DNA of 64,000 nucleotides, from assembly GCA_963824095.1 (NCBI GenBank), contig CAWGNS010000008.1:755627-819626 (forward strand). Reading direction: 5' to 3'. The notes beneath the pieces are model-generated. The model saw nothing but the letters and a program-made list of their open reading frames with translations. It did no database searches and had not been told where the DNA came from. Origin of the DNA: Terriglobia bacterium. GTDB taxonomy: Bacteria; Acidobacteriota; Terriglobia; Bryobacterales; UBA6623. The position numbers were made by a program, and so were the translations under genes. Shown one piece after another: positions 1 through 12,006 of this stretch. The first letter of the stretch is position 1. Each line of letters opens with the position of its first letter.

Positions 1-711
1 AACAGTCTCGGCATCGCCCTGATGTCGCGGGGTAAACGCGATGAAGGAATCGCGCACTTTCGCGAAGCGCTCCGGCTCGACCCTGGCTATGCGCGAGCGC
101 ACGCGAATCTCGGCAGCGCCCTCGCTTCGCAAAGCCAATACGACGAAGCAATCCCCCACTACAAGCAAGCTCTGCTCATCAACCCGCGCTACACCGACGC
201 GCGCACGAACCTAGGCCTCGCGTTGCTGGCTCAACGGCGCCCGGACGAAGCTCTCGAACAATTTCGAGAAGCGCTGAGGATCGACCCCAACGACGCAAGG
301 ACGCACTTCGCGATGGCAACGGCCTTCGACGACACAGGCCACACACGCGAATCCGTAACCCATCTCCAAAAGGCCGCCCACCTCGAGCCCGACTGGACCC
401 CGCCGCTCACACAGCTAGCCTGGATTCTGGCCACGAATCCAAACCCGGCCATTCGCAATGGAGAGGAAGCGCTGCGCCGAGCGGAGAAAGCAGCGCAGCT
501 AACCAACCACAAAGACCCGCTGATTCTCGAAACGCTGGCAGCAACCTACGCCGAAACAAAACAATTCGATGAAGCGGTAACGACAGCCGAGAAAGCCCTG
601 AGGCTAACGCCGGAAGGCAACGAACTCGCCGCCAGAATCCAGCACGAACTGGAGCTTTACAAACAGAAAAAACCGTACCGCGAATCCCTCCAGTCCCCTA
701 GCGCCCTGTAG
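1..711 (+). CDS. Tetratricopeptide repeat protein, C-terminal part (5' truncated by window)
   Basis: Frame open from base 1. Repeated TPR units (AHANLGSAL, ARTNLGLAL, EALRIDP) and a C-terminal LAWILAT..RNGEEA..LETLAATYA module. Confidence 0.9.
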   Translation, partial: NSLGIALMSRGKRDEGIAHFREALRLDPGYARAHANLGSALASQSQYDEAIPHYKQALLINPRYTDARTNLGLALLAQRRPDEALEQFREALRIDPNDARTHFAMATAFDDTGHTRESVTHLQKAAHLEPDWTPPLTQLAWILATNPNPAIRNGEEALRRAEKAAQLTNHKDPLILETLAATYAETKQFDEAVTTAEKALRLTPEGNELAARIQHELELYKQKKPYRESLQSPSAL

Positions 712-805
712 CGAAAAGAGCCGGTATCCCGTAGGAAATCCCCGTGCCCAACGGCGCCGAGCGCGGAAGCGCTAAAGACGACGAAGGGACTAACGGCCCA
801 CCCAA

Positions 806-829
806 GTAGCGGCAGCGCTCCCGCCTGTC
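806..829 (+). repeat. REP-like family D, degenerate copy
   Basis: GCGCTCCCGCCTGTC core shared with 25009-25030 and 49342-49361, preceded by GTAG; lies between convergent genes. Confidence 0.5.
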
Positions 830-923
830 AGCCGCTCTGGAACCTTGGCCCCACTCCTCTCCGGCCCAAAGCGTCCGAGCCAAACCGACGCCCAAACTAT
901 TCCTCCCCCAAAGCAACAACAAA

Positions 924-2849
924 TCATGGAAACGACCGCGAAAACCGTCCGACGAACCCGCCGCCCGACCGCATCGTGATAAAAACCGAATCCCCGCGAG
1001 ATACAGTCTTCCGCTCAATCTTCACCGCAGCCGCCTCGGTAGCATCCCGAACCATCGTCGCGTAGTAAGTCGGAGCCCGGCCGCGTTCCGCGCCGTCCAA
1101 GAACGACAAATCCAGTTCGATCGTCCGCGCATTCGGCCCATTCGTCACAGCCAGAAACCACGTATCTCCACTCCGCCGGGCGAAAGCCGCGACTTCACCG
1201 ATATCCGAAACCGGCAGCACCACCGTTTCATCCCAAACGCTCGGAATCTCCTTGATCAAATCCACCGCCGGGTTCGCCAGAATATTCGCCGGATGCGCCG
1301 CGTAAACCAGCAATGGCGCCCAGAGAATCACCGCATTGGCGATCTGGTGCGGCCAGGTCGTATCCGCCAGCCGCCGCCCAAAGTGCATTGGCGTATAGTC
1401 CGCCAGCCCCGCCAGCATGCGCGTGAACGGCAATGTCGTGTCGTGCTGCGCGTACGGAGGACCCATCTCGAGCCCGCGAATCGCCTCCAACCCCAACAGA
1501 TTCGGATACGTACGCTCCAGCCCCGTCGGTTTATTCGCGCCATGAAAGTCGAGGATAAGTTCGTACTCCGCCGCCATCTTCAGCAGCCTCTCGTAGTGAT
1601 CGATGATGTCCTTGTGTTCGTGGTCGAAAAAGTCGATCTTCGCGCCCGCCACGCCCGTGCGCCGGCACATCTCAAAGAACTCCCGCATGACCTTCGGGTC
1701 GCGCAATTCCGCGCTACGCTTCCAGATCAAAATGCGAATGCCGCGCTCGCGCGAGTAGTCGACAAGCTCCTTCAAGTCACTCTCCGGCCACCGCGCCCAA
1801 AACCCTTCCAGGACGCTGTATTCAAAACCTAACTCGCCCGCCAGCCGCGAGAACTCCTTCATTCCGTCGAGCGTCCCCGATCCGCCATCGAGATAGTTCC
1901 AAACCGAGCGCCCAGGCCGGATCCACTGGGTCTTGATTCCTTGCGGGAACAACTTCGGATCGGGTGGCGCGGCAACGTTGTGAACGATGTCGCTATTCGC
2001 AAGCGCGTTCAGATCGGCGCCAACCAGCACCACGCGCCAAGGCGTGGTAATCGTGCCGCTGATCACGGCGGGCTTCGACATTCGCTCCACCTCATCTTCG
2101 AACCGTAAGCGGAACGGCCACGAAGCCGGGACCGCATGTCCCAGCCGCGCATGAAAGCCGGCCTCACCGTCGCCCTGCAGCATCATGCCGCTGTAGCCGC
2201 GCAAGCCGCCTTCTGTAATCGCGGCATATCCCGCGTCATCCGGCAGCCGCACCGTCAGCGGAGGAGCCACCCAGCCTCCGCGAGGCACCGCCCGCACGGA
2301 CTTGGCTACATAGCGCCCCTCGTAGTGGTCCTCGGCATCGTGAAACCAAACCCGCCCCTGCTCGGGCAGTCGAAACACGGTCGCCTCGGTCGGAACGCGG
2401 TCGCCCTCGCCCGGCACAACATACCGGAAGGCAACCCCGGAATCATAGGCGCGAACATCGAGCGTGTAGACCGTGCCCGACTCGCGATGCTTGACGGCAA
2501 CCCGCGCGCCATTGCATTTGTCGATCGCCGTCGAATGCGCGCCATACCAGGGGTATGTCTCGTCCACCTGATACCGCGTGGCATTTCCAACCTCAACTCC
2601 GTCACCCAGATCGACGCCGTCGACAACAATGCCGACACGCGAAGTCTCGACCACGGGCTTGCCACGAAAGCGCACCTCGTATCCAAGCTGCCCTGTCTCG
2701 ATGACGACGAGCCGAAACTCAACCCGCCCATCCGGACTTGCGACTGGAATGGCCTCGAAGGTCAAACCCATTTGGGGGAAGCAAAGTAGTCCAAGCAAAA
2801 AAAAGATCCCCTTCAATGCAGTCGGGGCAGTCTTGAAGGGATTTATCAT
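924..2849 (-). CDS. Glycoside hydrolase family 97 (secreted; retaining alpha-galactosidase-like subgroup)
   Basis: Signal peptide; motifs SPDG, TPWRV, KIDFFD, FHGANKPTGLERTYPN, PFTRMLAGLADYTP, WDET, ARRSG. Confidence 0.92.
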   Translation of the reverse strand: MINPFKTAPTALKGIFFLLGLLCFPQMGLTFEAIPVASPDGRVEFRLVVIETGQLGYEVRFRGKPVVETSRVGIVVDGVDLGDGVEVGNATRYQVDETYPWYGAHSTAIDKCNGARVAVKHRESGTVYTLDVRAYDSGVAFRYVVPGEGDRVPTEATVFRLPEQGRVWFHDAEDHYEGRYVAKSVRAVPRGGWVAPPLTVRLPDDAGYAAITEGGLRGYSGMMLQGDGEAGFHARLGHAVPASWPFRLRFEDEVERMSKPAVISGTITTPWRVVLVGADLNALANSDIVHNVAAPPDPKLFPQGIKTQWIRPGRSVWNYLDGGSGTLDGMKEFSRLAGELGFEYSVLEGFWARWPESDLKELVDYSRERGIRILIWKRSAELRDPKVMREFFEMCRRTGVAGAKIDFFDHEHKDIIDHYERLLKMAAEYELILDFHGANKPTGLERTYPNLLGLEAIRGLEMGPPYAQHDTTLPFTRMLAGLADYTPMHFGRRLADTTWPHQIANAVILWAPLLVYAAHPANILANPAVDLIKEIPSVWDETVVLPVSDIGEVAAFARRSGDTWFLAVTNGPNARTIELDLSFLDGAERGRAPTYYATMVRDATEAAAVKIERKTVSRGDSVFITMRSGGGFVGRFSRSFP

Positions 2850-3237
2850 CGTCTTCTCCTACAAACCAAATACATTGTACCCGGCGAAGCTTCTTTGTTG
2901 ACACGGCAGGGATCAGAGCGAGTTCAGTGCCTGCGTCCGCTTTCCCTCTCTTTCCGAAAAGCAACAGTGAGGGCTGTGCGTAGACAAAACCGAATCCGAT
3001 TAGCCCTTGTGCGTGGTCAAGCCCAGATCTGAGGCAGACGCCGTCCAGTCGCGACGACCTACCGGTTATTTGGGATGCTCGAAGCTCAGGGATTGGAGTC
3101 GGGCAAGCGTTAGAGTTCAGACAGAGCTTTAGAGTCCGCGGCGACTTTGGCCCGCCGCCTTCGGGGACCTGTCGGGCCGAACTGCATCCGTTCCAAGGTT
3201 CTTGCCCACGGTTCAGAGATCGAAACATTCCGAACGG

Positions 3238-3566
3238 CTAGGCCGCTTCGGCCCAAGAATAGCGATGATGCAGACCGCCCAAGCGCTCTTCTCGGCTGAC
3301 CGACGATGTGGTGTGTCTTTGTTGAGCGCGTCATGAATACGGTCTCGGTGAAACTAGGCGATGTATTCCCGGACCAGCCGCCGCAGCTGGATTGTAACTG
3401 TCGGCACGGTAAAGAAGTCGAACGCGACCGGCGCGTCGCGGTGATTAGCCAGGAGGGTGCGCCAGGTGTCGCCTGCATCACCGCGCCGCCGGAAAGAACG
3501 CAGGTAGCGAGCGACAGTTCGTTCGGAGACGACGAACCCCAGCTTCTGGAGCTCGCTGTTCTCCGG
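3238..3566 (-). pseudogene. Decayed integrase-core (rve) transposase remnant
   Basis: Manual minus-strand translation: ELQKLGFVVSERTVARYL..WRTLLANHRDAPVAFDFFTVPT joined to LRRLVREYIA*FHRDRIHDALNKDTP, then frameshifted RLGGLHHRYSWAEAA*. In-frame TAG at 3354-3356. Confidence 0.85.
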
Positions 3567-3761
3567 ATAGTGAACCCTATTCGCATGCTCTAGAAGTCCC
3601 GTGTAGACCGCTGGCCCATCGGGCCACGGTCATTCTCCGCGCGGAACTCTCGCTGTAGTTGTTGCTTCCTATTGATCTTGAAGGAAACCACCGTCTACAA
3701 AATCGTCTACGGTGGGCTTCGGCAGGACGGCCGCAATTGGCCGTAAGCCATTGAAAAGAAA

Positions 3762-3838
3762 TGGTAGGCGCGGCTGGACTCGAACCAGCGACCCTCTGCT
3801 TAGAAGGCAGATGCTCTATCCGCCTGAGCTACGCGCCC
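3762..3838 (-). tRNA. tRNA-Arg (anticodon TCT)
   Basis: GGGCGCG/CGCGCCT acceptor stem, D-arm GCTCAGGCGGATAGAGC, anticodon arm TCTGC-CTTCTAA-GCAGA, T-loop GTTCGAGTC, encoded CCA. Confidence 0.97.
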
Positions 3839-4135
3839 TCGGGTAGGTCTTTACTGATTCTAGATCACTTGATTGTCTCGCTTCCAGCTCAAATCCCCCC
3901 TGGCCTTGCTCGGAATGCTCGACCACCAGCGCGGATCCGCGCCACGGGGCAACGGGCTAACCACTGTAGCTGTTCCGTAGGAAGCGTCGTAGACGCCGGC
4001 GCGCCGCGCGTGAACCCGGGGCCCAGGGCGGATGCCAAGTGGAGACGAGCATTCGCGCCAGTCCCTCGGCGCGAAGTGATGGGACGCCCCGCATGCTATT
4101 CTGAAACCGCTTTCCAGCACCCCGGGAGGGTCCCC

Positions 4136-5056
4136 ATGCAACGTCGTGATTTCCTGAAAGCTACCGTCGCAGGCGCTGTCGCTATCCGTGAATTGGCTGC
4201 CGATACCCCCATGCCGATGCGCACTCTGGGCAAGAGCGGGCTTGAAGTTTCGCATTTCTGCCTCGGCGGGTATCACATGGCGGTCCAGGGAAAAGAAAAC
4301 GGCGTCAAGATCGTTCACCGCGCGATCGACCTGGGCGTCACGTTCTTTGACAGCGCTGCGAAGTATCACGACGGTAAGAGCGACGAATACTACGGTGCTG
4401 CGCTGCAGGGCGGCCTGCGCAAGAAGGTATTACTAATGAGTAAGGCGCATCTGCGCGATGCCGACAGCGCCATGAAGCAGCTCGAAGGCACGCTCAAGGC
4501 CATGAAGACCGACTACCTCGACCTCTGGCAATGCCACGAGGTCTCCTACATGGAAGAGGTGGAAAAGATTTTCGGCCCTAAGGGTTCGCTGGAAGCGTTC
4601 GTCAAGGCCAAGGAGCAGGGCAAGGTCCGCCACATCGGCTTCACGGGCCATCACGATCCGCAGGTCCATCTGGCTTTGCTCAACGGTTTCGACGGCTGGG
4701 AAACGGTGCAGCATCCTGTCAACCTGATCGACCCACACTACCTCAGCTTCATCCGCAACGTATTTCCCAAGGTGCGCGAAAAAGGGTTGGGCCGCCTCGC
4801 CATGAAAACCAACGCCATCGGCAACATCACGGGTAACAAGATTGCGACGATTCCTGAATGCTTGCGTTTCGCCATGGCCCAGGGTCCCGATACCATCGTC
4901 TCGGGGGTCGAGACGATCGAGCAACTCGAACAAAATGTGGCCACCATCAAGACGGCAGAACCGTTCACCGACGCGGAAATCAAGGCCCTGCTCAGCCGCA
5001 CCAAGAACGGTCCGATCGGCCCCGCGGTCGAGCAATACAAACGCAAACAGGCATAG
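4136..5056 (+). CDS. Aldo/keto reductase with twin-arginine signal
   Basis: MQRRDFLK Tat motif after a GGGAGG RBS; RTLGKSGLEVS, FFDSAAKY, TDYLDLWQCH, GKVRHIGFTGH. The ORF-track extension to 3761 is spurious. Confidence 0.9.
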   Translation: MQRRDFLKATVAGAVAIRELAADTPMPMRTLGKSGLEVSHFCLGGYHMAVQGKENGVKIVHRAIDLGVTFFDSAAKYHDGKSDEYYGAALQGGLRKKVLLMSKAHLRDADSAMKQLEGTLKAMKTDYLDLWQCHEVSYMEEVEKIFGPKGSLEAFVKAKEQGKVRHIGFTGHHDPQVHLALLNGFDGWETVQHPVNLIDPHYLSFIRNVFPKVREKGLGRLAMKTNAIGNITGNKIATIPECLRFAMAQGPDTIVSGVETIEQLEQNVATIKTAEPFTDAEIKALLSRTKNGPIGPAVEQYKRKQA

Positions 5057-5146
5057 CGCGAACGCCCGCCCGGCACCGTGGGATGGCTCCGGCCGCATTC
5101 CGCGTCGCGGTGTTCGCGAGGTCCACGGACGCGGCGATAGCAATCT

Positions 5147-5698
5147 TTAGGGTTCTTGCGTTGTGCCGGGCCCGCCGAGCTTGTTGCGGTGCAGGTAGGC
5201 ATAGAAGCCCAGGTCCTCACCCGTCATTCCCTTGGTGGCCCAAAGAATCTGACCGGTATGCTCGCTGAAGTGCACCACCACATGATGGACTGCGTGCAAC
5301 ACCGTTACCTCGTACACCTGAATCTTGCGCTCCGAAAGCAAATCCTGCGGCGTCAGACGCTCCAACACGCGGTCCGCCTCAGCAAGGGTTTCCCGGAGCC
5401 GCGAGAGCAATTCCTCGGCCCCTAGCGGTTCACGCCGCGCAAACTCGGCATCGCGGTCGCGTCGATCTTCCGCGCCGCCGACACCGCACAGGATCCACTG
5501 CCGCACGTTCCCGCAAAGATGCAGCACAAGGTTGCCGATCGCATTCTCGTTTTCGTGCCGCCGCGTCCAGATCTGTTCCATCGTCAACTTCCGGACACAG
5601 GTCTCGATGCGCTCGCCCCGCGTGTGCAATTCCCTGCGTGAGTTGTGGAGAAACTCTTCGGCCAACGCCGTGGCGTAGTCTTCCGACTCCATTGACAT
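5147..5698 (-). CDS. DinB-like / DUF1572 family protein
   Basis: NAIGNLVLHLCGNVRQWI, RDRDAEF, HFSEHTGQI His pattern. Confidence 0.85.
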   Translation of the reverse strand: MSMESEDYATALAEEFLHNSRRELHTRGERIETCVRKLTMEQIWTRRHENENAIGNLVLHLCGNVRQWILCGVGGAEDRRDRDAEFARREPLGAEELLSRLRETLAEADRVLERLTPQDLLSERKIQVYEVTVLHAVHHVVVHFSEHTGQILWATKGMTGEDLGFYAYLHRNKLGGPGTTQEP

Positions 5699-5844
5699 GG
5701 TTGTACCTACCTTGCGCTAACGATTCCGTTCCAAGATCGCGGTCGAAGAGGACCGCTGCCCACGCTTCTCCAAGAGCCGCGCTAACCGCCGCGATTCGTC
5801 CGGCCCGAGTAGCCGGTTCACCCAACCAACGAGTCCATTACAGC

Positions 5845-5884
5845 AAAAAAAATGACGGGCCGCCCGCAAAGGCATGCCCGTCAT
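5845..5884 (-). terminator. Rho-independent terminator of ppdK
   Basis: Stem ATGACGGGC/GCCCGTCAT followed by T8 on the minus strand, about 30 nt after the ppdK stop. Confidence 0.85.
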
Positions 5885-5915
5885 CGAGTCCCGAAACGGA
5901 CCGGCGTTCAGCGGC

Positions 5916-8600
<2,685 letters not shown>

Positions 8601-8782
8601 CGTGATTCTCTCCGTATTCTGGTTACGTTGGGTTCCGGAACGGGCCCCCGACAGAGACGTTCCGCAGTTGCACGCTGATCAACGGATGGCCGGAAGGTGG
8701 ATGCCCAACTGCGTGCATCCGAACACTTCCGCGACTGCACTCGACATCTTCTTCACTGGACCCAAAGATGTTTCACTCACCG

Positions 8783-10852
8783 TCAGGCGGACACAATCTC
8801 CGCGAAATCGGCGATCGTGGAAAACTCGCGCAGTAGTTGCGCCAAAAACGTGAGCCGGTTGCGGCGGACGCTCTCGTCCTTGGCATTCACCAGCACATCG
8901 TCGAAAAACTTGTCCACCGCCGGCCGCAGCGACGCGATCGCCGCCAGCGCCTCGGCATAGGCGCCGTCGTGCTTGTAGCCGGCTACCTTGCTCTTGACCT
9001 GCTCAAAGGCGGCATAGAGTTGCTGTTCGGCCCCTGCTTCGAGCAGCGCGCCGTCCACTGCCGCGGTAGCAAACGGCTCGACGCCGCCGGCCTGCTCCAA
9101 GATGTTCTTGATGCGCTTGAAACTGACCGCCAGCGGCTCGAAATCGGCGATGCCGCGCATCTGCGAGATCGCCGTCACGCGCTCGCTGGCATCGAGCGGC
9201 ACCTCGCTCGACGCGCTCAACACCGCGTTCACTTCGTCGTATTTGTGCCCGCGCACGTCGCGCAGGTAATACCGCAGGCGGTCGACCAGGAACTCGCGCA
9301 GCGCCGCTTCGTTGTCGCCGGCGACCGCCAACCCGCAAAGCTTCGGGATCGAGAGCGCGTGGCCGCCTTCGACCAGAATGCGAATCACGCCGAACGCCGC
9401 CCGACGCAGCGCGAAAGGATCTTTCGATCCGCTGGGAATCATCCCCAGCCGAAAAAATCCGCCCAGCGTATCCAGCTTATCGGCAAGCGCAACGATTTGC
9501 CCGACCTTGGCGCCCGGGATGCGGTCATCGGCGCCGCCCGGCCGGTAATGGTCGTAGATCGCGTTGGCGACTTCCTCGGCCTCTCCCTGATGCTTCGCGT
9601 AAAGGCCGCCGACCACGCCCTGCAGTTCGGGAAATTCGCCAACGAGTTCCGTCGTCAGGTCGCATTTCGCCAGCTCGGCGGCGCGCCGCGCGTGGGCGGC
9701 CTGTTCAGAAGCCAAGCCCGCGGCCTGCGCAACGGCCTCGGCCAGCCGCATGTTGCGCTCCGTCTTTTCGTGATAGGTGCCGAGCTTGGCTTGAAACGTC
9801 ACGCCGCGCAGGTTCTCGACCCGCTCGCTGAGTTTCTTGCGCTGATCGTTGCCCCAGAAGAACTGCGCGTCGTTGAAGCGTGCCCGCAACACACGCTCAT
9901 GCCCGCGGCGAATGATGCCCTCGGGATCGCCGTCGAGGTTCGCAACCGCGACAAAAGCGGGCGCTAGCTTGCCGTCGGCCTCTTCCACCGCGAAGTAGCG
10001 CTGGTGATGCAGCATCACCGTTTCGAGCACTTCCTCGGGCAGACCGAGGTATGCCGGGTCGAAACCGCCAAGCAGCGGCGTCGGATACTCGGTGAGATAC
10101 GCTAGCGTCTGCAGCAGCCGCGCATTGCCGCGCACGCGCCGCCCGCCGTCCATCCACGCGGCCGATTGCTGCTCGATCCTGCTCCGCCGTTCCTCGGTGG
10201 ACACCAGTACGCAGTTTTCCCGCAGCTTCTGCCCGTAGTCCTTCCAGCCCGAAACCGCAATCGTAGTCGATGCCTTGCTGAGCCGGCGGTGTCCCTGCGT
10301 GGTATTGCCCGACCGAACGCCGGCGATTTCAAACGGCACAACCTCGCCGCCCAACAGCGCCACCAGCCAGCGAATCGGGCGGATAAAACGCGGCCCCGAC
10401 CTGCCGGTCCAATACATCGTCTTCGGGAAGTGAATCCCTTCGATGACGCCAGGGAGTATCTCGCTGAGAATGTCTTTCGTGGTGCGGCCCTCGACGTGTT
10501 TGGTGATCGTCAGGCGGCCGTTCTCGTCCGTCTTCAAATCCTCGACCGCAACTCCGGCGCGCTGCGCGAAACCGGTCGCCGCCTTGGTCGGATTCCCCTT
10601 GTCGTCGAAAGCGATCTTGCGGGGCGGCCCGGTGACCGTTTCGTCGCGGTCCTGCTGCCGCACAGGCATCTTTTCGACCACCAGCACCAGGCGCCGCGGC
10701 GTTGCCGCCAACACCGGTTCGCCCTCGGGCGTCAGGTTGAAACTCTCGAGTGCCGCCAGAAACCGCCGCTTCCAATCGGCGAGGGCCGGCTCGATCATCC
10801 AGTCGGGAATCTCTTCGGAGCCGATTTCGAGCAGCAATTCCGCGGTCTGCAT
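8783..10852 (-). CDS. glyS: Glycine--tRNA ligase beta subunit
   Basis: LLLEIGSEEIP, TPRRL, FIRPIRW, EFPELQG, GSKDPFALRRAA, DKFFDDVLVN. ATG at 10852 overlaps the glyQ stop (TGATG). Confidence 0.96.
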   Translation of the reverse strand: MQTAELLLEIGSEEIPDWMIEPALADWKRRFLAALESFNLTPEGEPVLAATPRRLVLVVEKMPVRQQDRDETVTGPPRKIAFDDKGNPTKAATGFAQRAGVAVEDLKTDENGRLTITKHVEGRTTKDILSEILPGVIEGIHFPKTMYWTGRSGPRFIRPIRWLVALLGGEVVPFEIAGVRSGNTTQGHRRLSKASTTIAVSGWKDYGQKLRENCVLVSTEERRSRIEQQSAAWMDGGRRVRGNARLLQTLAYLTEYPTPLLGGFDPAYLGLPEEVLETVMLHHQRYFAVEEADGKLAPAFVAVANLDGDPEGIIRRGHERVLRARFNDAQFFWGNDQRKKLSERVENLRGVTFQAKLGTYHEKTERNMRLAEAVAQAAGLASEQAAHARRAAELAKCDLTTELVGEFPELQGVVGGLYAKHQGEAEEVANAIYDHYRPGGADDRIPGAKVGQIVALADKLDTLGGFFRLGMIPSGSKDPFALRRAAFGVIRILVEGGHALSIPKLCGLAVAGDNEAALREFLVDRLRYYLRDVRGHKYDEVNAVLSASSEVPLDASERVTAISQMRGIADFEPLAVSFKRIKNILEQAGGVEPFATAAVDGALLEAGAEQQLYAAFEQVKSKVAGYKHDGAYAEALAAIASLRPAVDKFFDDVLVNAKDESVRRNRLTFLAQLLREFSTIADFAEIVSA

Positions 10853-11752
10853 CAGGCGGCCACCTCGCTCGGCTGATTCTGCGCCGTCCAGGCCTCGGCC
10901 ACGCCGACCGCCAGCGCACGAACGCGCTGGATCACCGCCACACGCTCGGTGACGCTGATCGCCCCGCGCGCGTCGAGAATGTTGAACAGGTGCGAGCACT
11001 TCAGCACCTGGTCGTAAGCCGCCAGCAGCGGGAACCGCAGCTTCTCGGGCCCAGCCTCGAGCGCGCCGAACTCGGCCAACAGCCGTTTCGCCTCACGCCT
11101 CGTGCAGATCGAACTCTTGCCACACGGCCGCCACATCGGCCTTCTCGAAGTTGTAGACCGAATACTGCTGCTCGTCCTGAAAGCGCACGTCGCGGTAAGT
11201 CCAGGTATCGTTCCACTGAATGTCGTAGACGCTCTCGACGTTCTGCAAAAACGCCACCAGGCGCTCCAGCCCGTAGGTCAACTCGACCGGAACCACGTCG
11301 AGGTCGATGCCGCCGCACTGCTGAAAATAGGTGAACTGCGAAATTTCGAGGCCGTCGAGCATCACCTGCCAGCCAATACCCCAGGCGCCCAGCGTCGGCG
11401 CTTCCCAGTTGTCTTCCTCGAGCTTGAAATCGTGCTTCCGCAGATCGATGCCGATCCGCTCCAGGCTTTGCATGTACTGCTCGATGATGTCGTCGGGCGA
11501 GGGCTTCAGGATCACCTGAAGCTGCATGTGTTTATACAGCCGGTTGGGATTCTCGCCGTAGCGCCCATCGGCGGGCCGCCGGCTCGGCTGCACGTACGCC
11601 ACCCGATACGGCTTGGGACCCAGCACGCGCAAAAACGTCTCCGGGCACATCGTCCCCGCGCCGACTTCGACGTCGAGGGGTTCCTGGATCACGCAGCCGC
11701 GCTCCGCCCAATAGGATTTCAACTGCAGAATCGTGTCTTGAAAGGTGGGCAT
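10852..11752 (-). CDS. glyQ: Glycine--tRNA ligase alpha subunit, split by a 1-nt insertion near 11095
   Basis: N-part [35 protein letters not shown] ends at TGA 11093-11095. The C-part [20 protein letters not shown] is in the +1 frame (ORF 10852..11136). Confidence 0.93.
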
Positions 11753-11807
11753 GAGTCTCGGTGAATTCTTCTCCGGCCTCGGGGCCATGCGCGACAAAGC
11801 GTCGAAA

Positions 11808-11974
11808 CAAACAGAGCCGCACCCGGGACGGTGCGGGCCTTTGCCATGCGGTCTACAGCCCGATCAAAAGGCAACTTCGCCAGAAAACTGCGACCAACAA
11901 AACAAGGGAACAGCAGTGCCCATGGTTACGACACCGTGCCGCTTCAGCCCACAGGCTCCCGTCCGCGGCTCTGT
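11808..11974. repeat. REP-like family C, inverted pair (degenerate)
   Basis: ACAGAGCCGC near 11811 is inverted to CGTGCCGCTTCAGCCCACAGGCT..GCGGCTCTGT at 11935-11974. Confidence 0.65.
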
Positions 11975-12006
11975 CTGCCCAACGGAACATTCGTTGCCCC
12001 AGGGCG

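Noticed and set aside
3761-4135. N-terminal extension of the aldo/keto reductase ORF
   Set aside because: It is antisense translation of tRNA-Arg and intergenic DNA; the real start with RBS and Tat motif is 4136.
11093-11095. Selenocysteine or readthrough at the glyQ TGA
   Set aside because: The in-frame sequence after TGA is not GlyQ; the conserved C-terminus is in another frame.
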